Assembly: GCF_006345805.1 (NCBI RefSeq)
Contig: NC_043005.1
Location: forward strand, 41,478,001-41,542,000
Source of the DNA: Octopus sinensis
Lineage: Eukaryota
DNA length: 64,000 nt
Direction: 5' to 3'
Of this stretch, positions 10,995 to 22,619 are shown piece by piece. Made by a program: the position numbers and the translations under genes. Numbering within the stretch: the stretch's first letter is position 1; each line of letters opens with the position of its first letter. The notes beneath the pieces were generated by a model. The model saw only the letters and a program-made list of their open reading frames with translations. It did not search any database and was not told where the DNA came from.

Positions 10995-13075
10995 CTCTGT
11001 GTGTGTGTGTGTGTGTGCAAGTTCGAAGGTTCGAAGGTTTATAACTTGAGTTCCACCTAACCGATTCGATTGAAATTTCAGACATGCATTTGGTATGTTC
11101 CAGGGCATGTTTTAGTCATAAGAACTGCTTCGATCAATGTTCGGTTTTTGCAAAACCTCAATCGATAATTATCGATTTTTTTTCAGAAAGTCGTCCGATT
11201 TTGATCAAACTTGACATATCTGTGTATTCTTTACCCAAGGTTTTTCGTTTCGTTATTATCTTTTTTTCAAATTCCGTTTTGTTTGAACACAGCACGGGAA
11301 AAACGGACTCAAAAAATGCCTTGAAGGCAGGCTATAGCGCCGGAACCATTGAGCTGATTTAAACCAAACTCAGTAAACGAATGCATTTTCACCCAACCAG
11401 TCTTATGCCATGATCCATTTCATTAAATTGCGCTTTGTTTAAGCACAATTCGACAAACTCACATTCGAACAAAATGCCTTTGTTGAAGTAGCTCCTGATT
11501 TGTTTTTCTCAGAACACTGACCTCATTCCTTCTCCGATGCATAAACAATTAATCTCCACTACGGTGTGCACACACATTGTAACCCCACGTGACCTCAAAA
11601 TAGCCACTGCCAACAACAGTAAACATCCGGCACTGAGGTTTTCTATTGTAATAAATGAAAGCGATTTCTATGTGTAGCATGAGAGAGTTAAAGAAATAAC
11701 AGCCTCTGCACTGCACAAGCTACCGGTAAGTACTTACTACTTCCTTCATCCATTTCACTAGCAGTAGTAACCGACTTTGCACAGGTCTTAATAAATTACC
11801 ATGCAACTGCGGAAACATGAGACCTTACACTTGAGAAAAGACGGTTTGGGACGTGACATTGTTAAAGCAATAACCTTGGTAACCTCTTGAATCAAATCAA
11901 TACCCGAGCTGCCTTTCAAAAAGTTGTATTTTTGCGCTGTTTACGGTTTCCGTGTACATGTGCTTTCGGGTGAAGCCAGGCCAAACCGCTGAACCACCGG
12001 ACCGATTCGATTGAAATTTCAGATATGCATTAGACATGTTCAGAGGCATGTTTTAGTCATAACAACTGCTTCGATCAATGTTCGGTTTTCGCAAAAACTC
12101 GATCGATAATTATCGATTTTTTCAAGAAGTCATCCGATTTCAACCAAGCTCGGTACACATTTGCAGTTTGACCCAAAGAGTTTCATGGAGTCACAGTACT
12201 CAGCGGATGACCAGAAGACTGAAACTGAACTACAAAAGCACAATGAAGCTGCGTACCACTTAATCAATGTGTTTATCGGTCCAGCATTTGATGTAACACC
12301 AGCTTATTGAGATTTATTTATGCTACTGCATCTTACATAAAACCCCCTTTTGTTTTCACTAAACCAGTCACTATCCTGCTCCAACGTTTTCACTGAAACC
12401 TCTCCTCTCAAAGCTATCCCTGCCTCCTTTAATCCAGCTGCAGTTGGTAAGTCACGCTCCTCGCCATTTCACCTCAGACCGTTGGAATACATTCATAAAG
12501 TACCACCTCTCATTGACAAAAATAGGTAGAGGGACTTTCGACAAATGCCTCTACTTCACGAATCGATAAGCAACGTTATCTCAGTGGAAAACATGTTAAT
12601 AGCCCCTTTGAGAAATGATTTGATTCGTTGCCGGCTCCCATTGCAACACAGCTTACCGTACTGCTACTAAATCACCTTATGGATATCTCTCCATTAAGAC
12701 GTGCTTATGGCTTCGTACCCGCATACCTATTTCATAAAAAAAACTTACATATCCTGTCAGCCACTTGCTTTTATCCTTCTGACTGGGGCTAAGTGTTCCT
12801 CAACCTCCCTTTTTAGGTCATGCCAAGACGGAAGAGGTTCACCATTGGCCGAAATACTGCTAAAGCAGAAGAATCAAGACGAAATCGAGCTTCAGAAACT
12901 TCGTTGGAGACTACCATCCGGCGCAGAAGCCAGTCAGCTGCTCAGGCAATGATCACGCACTCCACTAGCACGGATGCCAGTCATCGAATTTGATTTCGAC
13001 TTCGATTTCAATTTCACTTGCCTCAACAGGTCTTCGCAGGCAGAGTTTAGTGTCCAATGAAAGAAAGGTACGCAT
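10995..13075 (+). mobile_element. Helitron-derived element: repeated subterminal block plus start of a Rep/Hel-like ORF
   Basis: ~165-bp direct repeat (11060-11225 vs 12001-12160) beginning ACCGATTCGATTGAAATTT; 57-aa ORF 12820-12993 MPRRKRFTIGRNTAKAEESRRNRASETS... resembles Helitron N-termini. Confidence 0.5.
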
Positions 13076-14169
13076 AATTGGGACATATTGTATATATATC
13101 TATATATATAAAGATATACATATCTACATATATGTATATATACACATACATACATATATACACACAGACAGACACGCGCACAAACATGCATGCACACATT
13201 GATAGATGTTTTTGTATGTATATGTGAGTTTCTACGCAAATGAAAATATTAATATATAAATATATATTTGCTTTGGTATAAGATCTTGTTATTTATCTAA
13301 ATGATGGAAGCGCTTCACTTCACTTACATCAACAATACCCAAAGGGAATGATCTGACGTCCACTATCCCTATGTTTCCCCACTCTTAAATAATTCAGGCT
13401 TTACAGGGAAATCGTTATCAATATATTTATTATTATTGAATCACTTACCTTCACGACAGCGAGAAACAAACGATGAGACGAAAACCTTTTATTGGAGTTT
13501 AGTCAAGCATTTGTTTGCTTTACATGGTTTCTATGTGTAATGTTTGTATGTAGAGTTGTTATTTTTTTAAATATATTTTCAGATGATATGATAGCTGTAG
13601 AGTGAGTGAAGTCTCTGATCAACCAAGTCTTTGAAATAAATCTCTATTTATGAATTGATTACAGCACCTCTTGATATAAGTAAATATGCATACAAAGACA
13701 GACACACCCATGTACAAGATCAGATTAAAACTGACTGATGTTCTAAGCACTAATCTCAGCTTTCCATTGTCTAACTGGCAGTAAAGCATCAGAAGTGTTA
13801 AATGTGAAATATTATATTAAATTTTGGTTTTCCATAAGCTATTTCCCCAAGTCAGACCCCACAAATACATTAATTATAGCCTGTATTTTAAATTCATATA
13901 TTTAACATAAATAGCAGTAAGCAATATAAGAAATTTATCGAATTATAACAAAGACATTAGGAAAAAAAGCAAATGTTCAAAAATTATTCTTAAAAAAATT
14001 TTTGTCATATTCTATTTTCACCATTGTAAATCTGACCCCGGACTAAGCAGACTAACACAGACAAGATGGAAGAAATTTATGTAAGTGCTTTCATTGTCTT
14101 CAGCATTTCAAACACACATCGTACAGGGTAATTCACACTAGTAATTGCGTTTGGTAGTGGTTGTGACCA

Positions 14170-14620
14170 TTTTCAATTTAGGTTGTGATTGAAATCTTTA
14201 TAAAGTATTCTTCTGCATTTTGTAATTGACAATTTCTTTGTATTGTTTTGCTAAAAAATGAAACATCTCTTATAGATAAATCCTTGATTTGTTGTTTATA
14301 TACTCTGATTTCATCTATTAATCTTGTTCCTGTATGACTAATATAGTTCTCATTGCATTGTGGATACATACATGCAGTAAATGAGATTTTTTTTTTGCAG
14401 TTTATATTTGCATTAATCTGAAATTCTTACCCATTCTTAAACATTTTCATTGTACCCCGTTCAATGAAATCACATTACTACAAAGTTTCTCACATTTTGT
14501 TTTCTGTTTCATCCCTCCCAATGTGAATTTCAATTTTACTAAGAGTTTTTTAAGATTAGATGCTTGTCTTCACTTGTTAACAATTTGTGACACTTTAATG
14601 ACTTTCCTTAGATTTGATGG
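14170..14620 (-). mobile_element. Penelope-like element, GIY-YIG endonuclease remnant
   Basis: ORF 14178-14369 (PQCNENYISHTGTRLIDEIRVYKQQIKD...AEEYFIK) plus upstream SKRQASNLK and NLIYC motifs. Confidence 0.75.
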
Positions 14621-14765
14621 TTCATGTAGAATTGAATAATATCATTTGGCTGAAGGTAAGATGATGTGGTTTCTCAGACTCAGTGTGATTACATAGGGAA
14701 TATTTCTGTCTGAGTTTTTCTCCTCGTGGTGAGAGTTTCTTTGGGATTTGCTTTGCTATAGTTAT

Positions 14766-15126
14766 TCTTTTATTTATTTCAGTCACTTGACTGTGGCCAT
14801 GCTGGAGCACCGCCTTTAGTTGAACAAATGAACCCCAGGACTTATTTTTGTTGGCCTAATACTTAGTCTATTGGTCTCTTTTTGCCGAACTGCTAAGTTA
14901 CGGGGACGTAAACACACCAACATCAGTTGTCAAGCGATGGTGAGGGGACAAACACAGATACGCACACACATGACGGGCTTCTTTTAGTTTCCATCTACCA
15001 AATCCACTTACAAGGCTTTGGTCGGCTTGAGGCTATAGTGGAAGACACTCACCCAAAGTGCGATGCAATGGGACTGAACCCGGAGCCATGTGGCTGGTAA
15101 GCAAGCTGCTCACCACACAACCACTC
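14766..15126 (-). mobile_element. SINE family B, full length
   Basis: Reverse complement of the 20427-20833 copy, head to tail. Confidence 0.9.
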
Positions 15127-15470
15127 TTTTAGCTATTTTTGTCTCTGGAGAAATACATTTAGTTCCACCATCTCTCTCTCTCTCTCATTTACTTGAATCT
15201 ATAATTATTGCACACGTATGTCTTGCTATATTAAACGAGATATTTCTTTTAGAATGAGATACTAAAAGTAATAGAAGTCATATATGCCTTAATTATCAAA
15301 ATGTTTGTCCAGCAATATCGCTGTTGGTGTGTTTACATTCCTGCAACTTAGCAGACCAACAAAAGAGAATTAGAGACTAGAATAAGTACCAGACTTTAAA
15401 AAAAAATGTACTGGCGTTGATTCATTTGAGTAAAAGTTCTTCAAGGCAGTACACCTGTTTGGTCACAGTC

Positions 15471-16600
15471 TGTTGTGGAAGGATCCTGACCACTCCCAAG
15501 TGGTGGACTGACTCATTGTTATAAAACAAAGAACTGTCAGCGATTGGTGTTCAGGTTGGTAAGCAGTTCACCGCGAGCTTTTGATATAGAGTATTGAGTC
15601 TCGTGTAATAGTAATAGTAATGCATCGTGTATATACTTTTTCCCCACTGCTTTGTTATTATATCATGTATCCAATACAAGTATATAAAAGTGGTGACGAG
15701 TTGTTTGAAGATTGCGTTGGATGCTTAAAATGTTTTTGGTACGAAACCAAAGAAAAATTCGTTTAACATGGATAACTTATGTGGTGCAGTTGGAACAGCA
15801 ACTACAGCAACATAAGTTACAGCAGCAACAACAACAGTTGCTGGAATTAATGTTGAAGGAGTCTGAAAATACTTCAGGTTCGTATTCACCAGACAGCGTA
15901 GCAAACTCAACTGAAGAATTCAGAAGAAATATGCAACCTTCGCATATGAAGATTGGTCCGACGAGAAAGAAGTACGACTACTTTTAAGAAAGTTATCCCC
16001 TGCCAAACACGAAAAATATAGTAATTATATTCTGCTGATGAAGCCAGGCGATATATGTTTCAATGAAACAACTAATATTTTATTGAATATTTTCTGTGAA
16101 AGAAGTTCCCTGTTCAATATTCGCAGGCAATGTTTAAATTTGGTCAAAAAAAGATGATGAAAACTTCATCACCTTTGCTGGAATGGTTAAGAGAGAGTGT
16201 GAGAAGTTCAAATTGAATGAGTTAACTTCAGATATGTTCAAGTCTTTAATTTTTGTTCAAGGGCTTACTGCAAACAAAGATGCAGATATACGTTCCTGGA
16301 TATTAACAAAACTAGAACAGGACCAAAATTTAACTCTCCAGGAAGTAGCAGAAGAATATCAGAGGATTATTAATTTACGATATGACGCCAATAAAATTGA
16401 AGAAAACGATTGTTCTCAGATTCAGGCATGTCGACTGGTAGCGAATAAGAAAAAGTGAAAAATATATTAAGACTGCATCCATGTTATGGGTGCGGTGGTC
16501 TACATTTTTAAAATAACTGTCCGTTTAGAAATATAAAAAGTGTGGTGAAATAGGCCCTAAAAAGTCGCATTGTAGGACAGAACCTAAAAACAGTTCAATT
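15471..16600 (+). mobile_element. Ty3/Gypsy (Mag/K02A2.6-like) 5' LTR, PBS and degenerate gag
   Basis: LTR begins TGTTGTGG at 15471; PBS TGGTGACGAG at 15691-15700 (tRNA-Ser(GCU)-type TGGCGACGAG with CpG decay); gag frames 15712-16458 (ECEKFKLNELTSDMFKSLIFVQGLT...DIRSWILTKLEQD); CCHC knuckles ~16480-16580. Confidence 0.85.
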
Positions 16601-16659
16601 GGCTTCACTCTGCGTGCTTTAGCTTTGTTACTGTGGCAACAGTCCGGATACTAATTGAT

Positions 16660-16870
16660 CAGACATCGTGTGTGTGTATATATATATAGTTGAAATTTGC
16701 AGAAAAACAAAAGACGAAGACACGTGTATAAACAACAAGAAGGTGTATTAGTTTGACGCTCGGGAAAGGTGTGAAAGTCTTTTATGTTTCGAGCCTACGT
16801 TCTTCAACAGAAAGGAACACGAGGAAATAAACAGAGAACAAAAAAAACCCTTTGGAGTTAGCGGTCAATC
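16660..16870 (-). repeat. PLE-type repeat carrying a degenerate minimal hammerhead-like motif (16777-16815)
   Basis: Minus strand CCTTT-CTGTTGA-A-GAAC-GTAG-GCTC-GAAAC-ATA-AAAG; stem I CUUU/AAAG. Confidence 0.45.
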
Positions 16871-16890
16871 GCGTGTGTGTGTGTATATAT

Positions 16891-19830
16891 CAGTGGCAAC
16901 TCCGGCACTTGGGCTGTTCGGGCTTTGCCCGAGTATAAATTTAGAAAAGTGAACGTGCAAATACATGGTGACAAGCTCATTTCTACTAACACTGATTTCA
17001 AGTATATAATTGCAGCCAATAACTCTGACTCTTTTTACTGAGCCTGGTCGCAGTTCTTTTATTTTCGTTCAGTATCTGGCGGTCGTTTCAGAGGTGCCCT
17101 GTGTCAAAAAATATTCGTAGCAGACGTTCGTTCGACGTCGTTCACACGCACCTAACTCGGGCTCAGATTTTACAGCCCGAGTTGTTATCTATAATCGCAA
17201 AAATTAAAAGTAATTCAAATTCAATGTTTTCATGAAACAATTAATTTCTATAGAGATTAAGATTTAAATTCCAATCGTATGAGAAGTTTCCTTTCTAAAA
17301 TATTCTTAAAAGAAGGAAAAATTATTCAGCATCTCGGGCTAATACGAACAAGCTTGGTAGGTGTAAACGATTAACTGGCATCTCTTGTCAAGAGTACAGA
17401 TGACAGTCAGATCATTGATGCTTGTTATGCATTCCATTATTAACGTTTAGTAATTCAAAATATGCATACTTCTGAATGCTAGAAAATCTCTCTTATAAGG
17501 ACATTAGAATGTTATCAATTGTTTCAGAATAGATAGTTTTTGTAATTAATTTGTGCACCTCTCTATTTCTAGGAGGAGGATCGGACTCATCTGCTTGTTC
17601 ACTGACAGCAGCGGTATCACGCAGAATGTTTTCAAAATGTTCGTCCTTACGATAACCTTCAACACAATGTATGAAGTCATTTAGTTTACTCTGACCCTGC
17701 CTTATATCGAGTAGCTTATACTGTAGGATACCAAAGACTTTTCCATTCTGAGAAAGAATGTCATGAAAGCAATTGATGAAAACATGAATGTGAAATCATT
17801 CAACTTTGCCAATAGATTGTCTGTTTGACAAAGTGTATTTTCATCCTACTTTTCACTAGAGCCTAGAATACTTGTGAGGGTATTTTTCAAATTTTCATGC
17901 AATAGTTTTATGAATGACACAGTTCTTGACCTACAGCACCATCTTGTTTCGCACAGTGATGGAATACTGACATTAAACTGCCTGCAACCGTTTTTCTGCT
18001 TAGTACTGGAAGATGTAAATTTACTAAATGTGCGTAAATGAGAAAAAATCACTTTTACTCCACTCACCTTCTCGGCACTTTCACTCAAAATTAAGTTAAG
18101 TTTATGCGCATAGCAGGGAATGAAGTGCGTGTGTTTAAATCCTTTATCCCTTAGCTTGCTCAGTACTCCGTTTAGCATTCCTGCCATTACAGCTGTTCCG
18201 TCCTAAGTCTGGCTCATTAATTTATTTATAGCATTACTGAAGGAGTTCAATGCAGGTGCGATCACATCAGCCAGTCTTGTACCACTTTTATCATCACTGA
18301 CTTCATAGAATCTAAGAAATCGTTGACATGTTTTGTCTTCATATACATATCTTATTATGATCAACAGTTGGGTATGCATTGCACAGCCTGTAGTTTTGTC
18401 GGCTTGTACAGACATAAACGGAGCTTTATCAACTTTGCTTCTAATTTCATCAGAGATGACATTTCCAATGGCTTGTATTAGGTCATTTTGTATTGTGCTT
18501 GAAACTCCTGGAAACTGTTTTAAACCTTCTTTAGCAAAAGATCTAGAAGCAAACACGCTGTTGATCTCAGCAAAGCACCGCAATAGATCACGGTAATTTC
18601 CTCTATTAAGATTGTCACTTCCTTCAGCATGTTCACGTAAAGGCAACTCTTGTTTTCACAGGTATAACACCACATTTATTAACTGCTTTAAATATTGTCC
18701 ATTTTCTTCAGCTGCTTTGTTGTACCGTTCTTTTTCCAGTTTAGCAGACTTACAAATATATTTCTTTACTACCCACAAGGGGCTACACACAGAGGGGACA
18801 AACAAGGACAGACAAACGGATTACGTCGACCCCAGTGCGTAACTGGTACTTAATTTATCGACCCCGAAAGGATGAAAGGCGAAGTCGACCTCGGCGGAAT
18901 TTGAACTCAGAACGTAACGGCAGACGAAATACAGCTACGCATTTCGCCCAGCGTGCTAACGATTCTGCCAGCTCGCCAGCTGTCACAATATCGTAGTCCG
19001 AAAGTTTTCAAGTTTTTATAACTACTTAAATGATTCACTGATTTACTGTGATGCTTAAGGTCACTCAGAATGTTTTTATAATTATTTTCACCTCCATCTG
19101 TCCATGACTGATTAGCTTTTGGTTGAAACAACAAACATGGCCTGCAGTAGAGTTTCTCTGTATCGCTATTTGCACAAAGCCAATCAATCTGTTCATATCG
19201 TTTTATCTGGAATGTTTAAGTTCCAACTTTCGTTTTCAATGAAGGAGTTGGCTTGCCTGCTCGAAGAATTTCACATTTTCCCGCAATATTTCTAGCCGAA
19301 ATGGCATGTTTTTTTTTTTTTTTTATCTAGCACTATGTCTTTCTCCATTTTGAAGTTAAGGGTAAAAATAAAGCAACCCTGCAAAACACAACCAATCTTT
19401 ACATACTGATGCACAGAATAATAGCAATCAAATAACGACAGCGGGGTGCAAAATCTGACTGTCACCTGTATACTTGACAAGAGATGCCAGTTAGTCTTTT
19501 ACGCTTACAGGCTCGTTCGTATTAGCCCGAGTTGTTGGATAACTTTTCGTTCCTTTAAGAATATTGTAGAACGGAAACTTTTCATAGATTGGAATTTAAA
19601 TCCTAATCTCTATAGAAATTTATTGTTTCAAGAAAACATTGAATTTGAATTACTTTTAATTTTTACAATTATAGATATCAACTCGGGCTGTAACTTCTGA
19701 GTCCGGTATTGGCTGCAAGTACATACTTGAAGTTAGTGCTGCAGAAAATGAATCAGCTTGAAAATACATGGTGACTTTATTAAATTTATACTCGGGCTAA
19801 GACCGAACAGCCCAAGTGCTGGAGTTACCA

Positions 19831-19833
<3 letters not shown>
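16891..19833 (-). mobile_element. hAT DNA transposon (ZMYM1/DUF4371-like transposase), defective
   Basis: TIRs CAGTGG(C/T)AACTCC(G/A)GCACTTGGGCTGTTCGG at 16891 and 19833; flanks GTATATAT/ATATATAT (near 8-bp TSD); ORFs 18203-18646 (NRGNYRDLL...IQNDLIQ...SVQADKTT...QLLIIIRYV) and 17846-18187 (CYAHKLNL...LCETRW). Confidence 0.92.
18761..18977 (-). mobile_element. Young SINE family A copy inserted in the hAT transposase
   Basis: Near-identical to 38693-38924 and 63478-63699; splits the transposase reading frame. Confidence 0.92.
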
Positions 19834-19877
<44 letters not shown>

Positions 19878-20119
19878 ATATATATATATATAATATATAT
19901 ATATAATATATATATATATTATATATTATATAATATATATATATAATTATATATATATTATATCATTATATATATATATATATATATATATACTATATAT
20001 ATTATATAATATATATATTATATATATAATATATATATATTATATCTATATATAATATTATATATGTCCCTACCTAATTCTTCTACTCCTCTGCCTACAC
20101 CTCTCTCCTCTCCTTCCAG

Positions 20120-20400
20120 GTGACAGGTGTTCCGCCAAGCCTGACTTTTCTTTCTTGGTTCGATTACCATCCGTATAGCATCTCTCACATTCCTTTCCAT
20201 GACCTTCAGCTCTCATGCCCCTGCCGTAAGGCTTCACTTCCACACATGCCAGCTTAATTTAATTCGTCCTTAGACGAAAGATACCTGTTGTTAATGTCCT
20301 GTTGTTTGTATTTGTACTCGTGCACCAGTTCTCTGCTTTGCTGTCCATTTTTGTATCGTCTAACTGTCCAGATGTTTTATTGTCGCCTGTTATGTTATTG
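20120..20400 (-). repeat. Unclassified interspersed repeat; second copy at ~25690-25900 (+)
   Basis: Shared TACAAAC...AACAGGT(A/G)TCTTTCG..(T/G)AAG..(C/A)GAATTAAATT(A/G)AGCTG block in opposite orientations. Confidence 0.5.
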
Positions 20401-20426
20401 TTCCATATTTTGTTTTCTTATATATA

Positions 20427-20833
20427 AGGCGCAGGAGTGGCTGTGTGGTAAGTAGCTTGCTAACCAACCACATGGTTCCGGGTTCAGTCCCACTGCGTGG
20501 CATCTTGGGCAAGTGTCTTCTGCTATAACCCCGGGCCGACCAATGCCTTGTGGATTTGGTAGACGGATCTGAGAGAAGCCTGTCGTATATATGTATATGT
20601 ATATGTGTGTGTGTGTTTGTGTATCTATGTTTGTCCCCCTAGCATTGCTTGACAACCGATGCTGGTGTGTTTACGTCCCCGTCACCTAGCGGTTCGGCAA
20701 AAGAGACCGATAGAATAAGTACTGGGCTTACAAAGAAAAAGTCCTGGGGTCGATTTGCTCGACTAAAGGCGGTGCTCCAGCATGGCCGCAGTCAAAATGA
20801 CTGAAACAAGTAAAAGAGTAAAAGAGTAAAGAG
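20427..20833 (+). mobile_element. SINE family B, full length, young
   Basis: GGCGCAGGAGTGGCTGTGTGG (A box), GGTTCAGTCCC (B box), core, GAGTAAAA tandem tail. Confidence 0.93.
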
Positions 20834-20859
20834 TATATATATAGATAGATATAGATATA

Positions 20860-21217
20860 TTGTATTTCGGGATGGTAATTCTTTTTGCCAAATAAACACA
20901 CGCGCTATATATTTTTTCTTTACTCGTTTATTAATGTTCTTGTTTTATTGTTTTAACTCATATCCATTGTCTGGAAATATTTTATCGCACATCTGTGACC
21001 ACTTCAGCAGCAGTTAGAAGAACAAAATGGAGTAAGTGGAGCAAGAAGACACACAAAAACGAAAAGTATCGCTGAAGAGGTCACAGATGTGTGACGAAAG
21101 ATTTCCGGACAATGGACGTGATGTAAATAAGGAGAGTAATAAACGGGTCAAGAAAAATATATAGTGCGTGTGTTTATTTGCACCCCCCCCCTCCAAAATG
21201 ACCGTCCCGAAATACAA
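20860..21217. repeat. Fold-back inverted repeat (~150-bp diverged arms) with hammerhead-like core in the right arm
   Basis: TTGTATTTCGGGATGGT...ACTTCAGC (20860-21008) is inverse to GCTGAAGAGGT...ACCGTCCCGAAATACAA (21071-21217). Confidence 0.85.
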
Positions 21218-22049
21218 CAAATTAATAAACTTATATATATATATTATATATTTTATATATATATTATATCTTTTATATATATATATAACTTACTTGAAAG
21301 AAGATGACGTGGGCGTTCGATCATATAATAACAATTTAATAGATAAAACATATGCATACATACATGCATATATGTACATACCTACATCTATATGTATATA
21401 TACATGCATATATGGGTACAGGACACTACAAATAAACGAAGAACACAACGAGAATCGAAAACATAAAAACAAAACAAGGAAACGGACTTTTTTTAACAAC
21501 AAAAAAACCAGAGTACAAGACAACCAACACAAGGAACATTCCCCTTCTTCAGCTGCCCCTCTTTCGACTCATTGCGTGTTTCACACAGATATATTACTAT
21601 AGACACATTATATATATTATATTGGGCTGCTTTGGAACTCAGATTTGTGCCCCTTTGAAAAGTTAAACTATTGTAATATCTATTCTTTTCAAGTCAATTC
21701 GCAACAGAAAAAGAAAAGCTATGTGTTTAATACGGCAATAAGAGTAGTCTCCCTTGCACCAATTTATAGTTGGATTCCATGTAAGTTTCTAAGATACAAC
21801 AAACAATTTTCGGTTTTCGAAAATGAGATTTGTCAATCACTGTACATATATATTTTTCCGCTATCTACATTAGTGATGCAGTCATTTGGGAAATTATAAG
21901 TTTCAAAGTAGAAAACAATAACAACGAAAACAAACAAAGGAAAACAAATGACAACATACGACCAATTAGAAAAATAGTGAAAATTTGCATAACGTCTTAA
22001 GGACACGCACACCGAAGACACCCGCATATATACTTATTAAGTTTTTTTT

Positions 22050-22250
22050 ACTTGTTTCAGTCATTAAACTGCGGTCATGCTGGGCCATCACCTTGAATTT
22101 TTAGTTGAATGAATTGACCCCAGCACTTCTTTTTCAAGCCTGATACCTATTCTATAACATCATTTTGCCGAACCGCTGGTTTACTTGGAAGCAAACATAC
22201 CAACACTTATTGTCAAGCGATGGTGCTTGGACAAACATAGATACAAAGGC
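22050..22250 (-). mobile_element. SINE family B, 3' half
   Basis: TACTTGTTTCAGTCATT..TGCGGTCATGCTGG...TTTTGCCGAACCGCT...TGTCAAGCGATGG. Confidence 0.75.
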
Positions 22251-22275
22251 ACATCCTTGTTGCTTATTTTGGTTG

Positions 22276-22339
<64 letters not shown>

Positions 22340-22378
22340 GTGTGTGTGTGTGTGTATGTATATATATGTATATATATA

Positions 22379-22424
<46 letters not shown>

Positions 22425-22619
22425 GCATTGGGTATGATTAGTAAAATTTTTTGGTAGAAATGACTAATGTCCCTCTTAGCGTGTGGCATGTATGTGTAAT
22501 AATGCCCTCTATATATAAATAAATATATATATATATATATCTATATATATCTATATCTATATATATATATATATATATATAAGTGAGAGAGTTGGTATTT
22601 GAAAGCACGTGGCTAGATA

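Noticed and set aside
14075-14112. Minus-strand CTGAAGA-CAAT-GAAA-GCAC-TTA-CAT downstream of the GIY-YIG remnant
   Set aside because: Stem II is absent and stem I is only 3 bp; cannot be told from chance.
17846-18646. ZMYM1-like host gene
   Set aside because: Enclosed by TIRs, intronless, with stops and a SINE insertion; it is a hAT transposase, not a domesticated gene.
21693-21786. Possible plus exon NSQQKKKSYVFNTAIRVVSLAPIYSWIP with GTAAGT donor
   Set aside because: Phase does not fit the other candidates and there is no recognisable homology.
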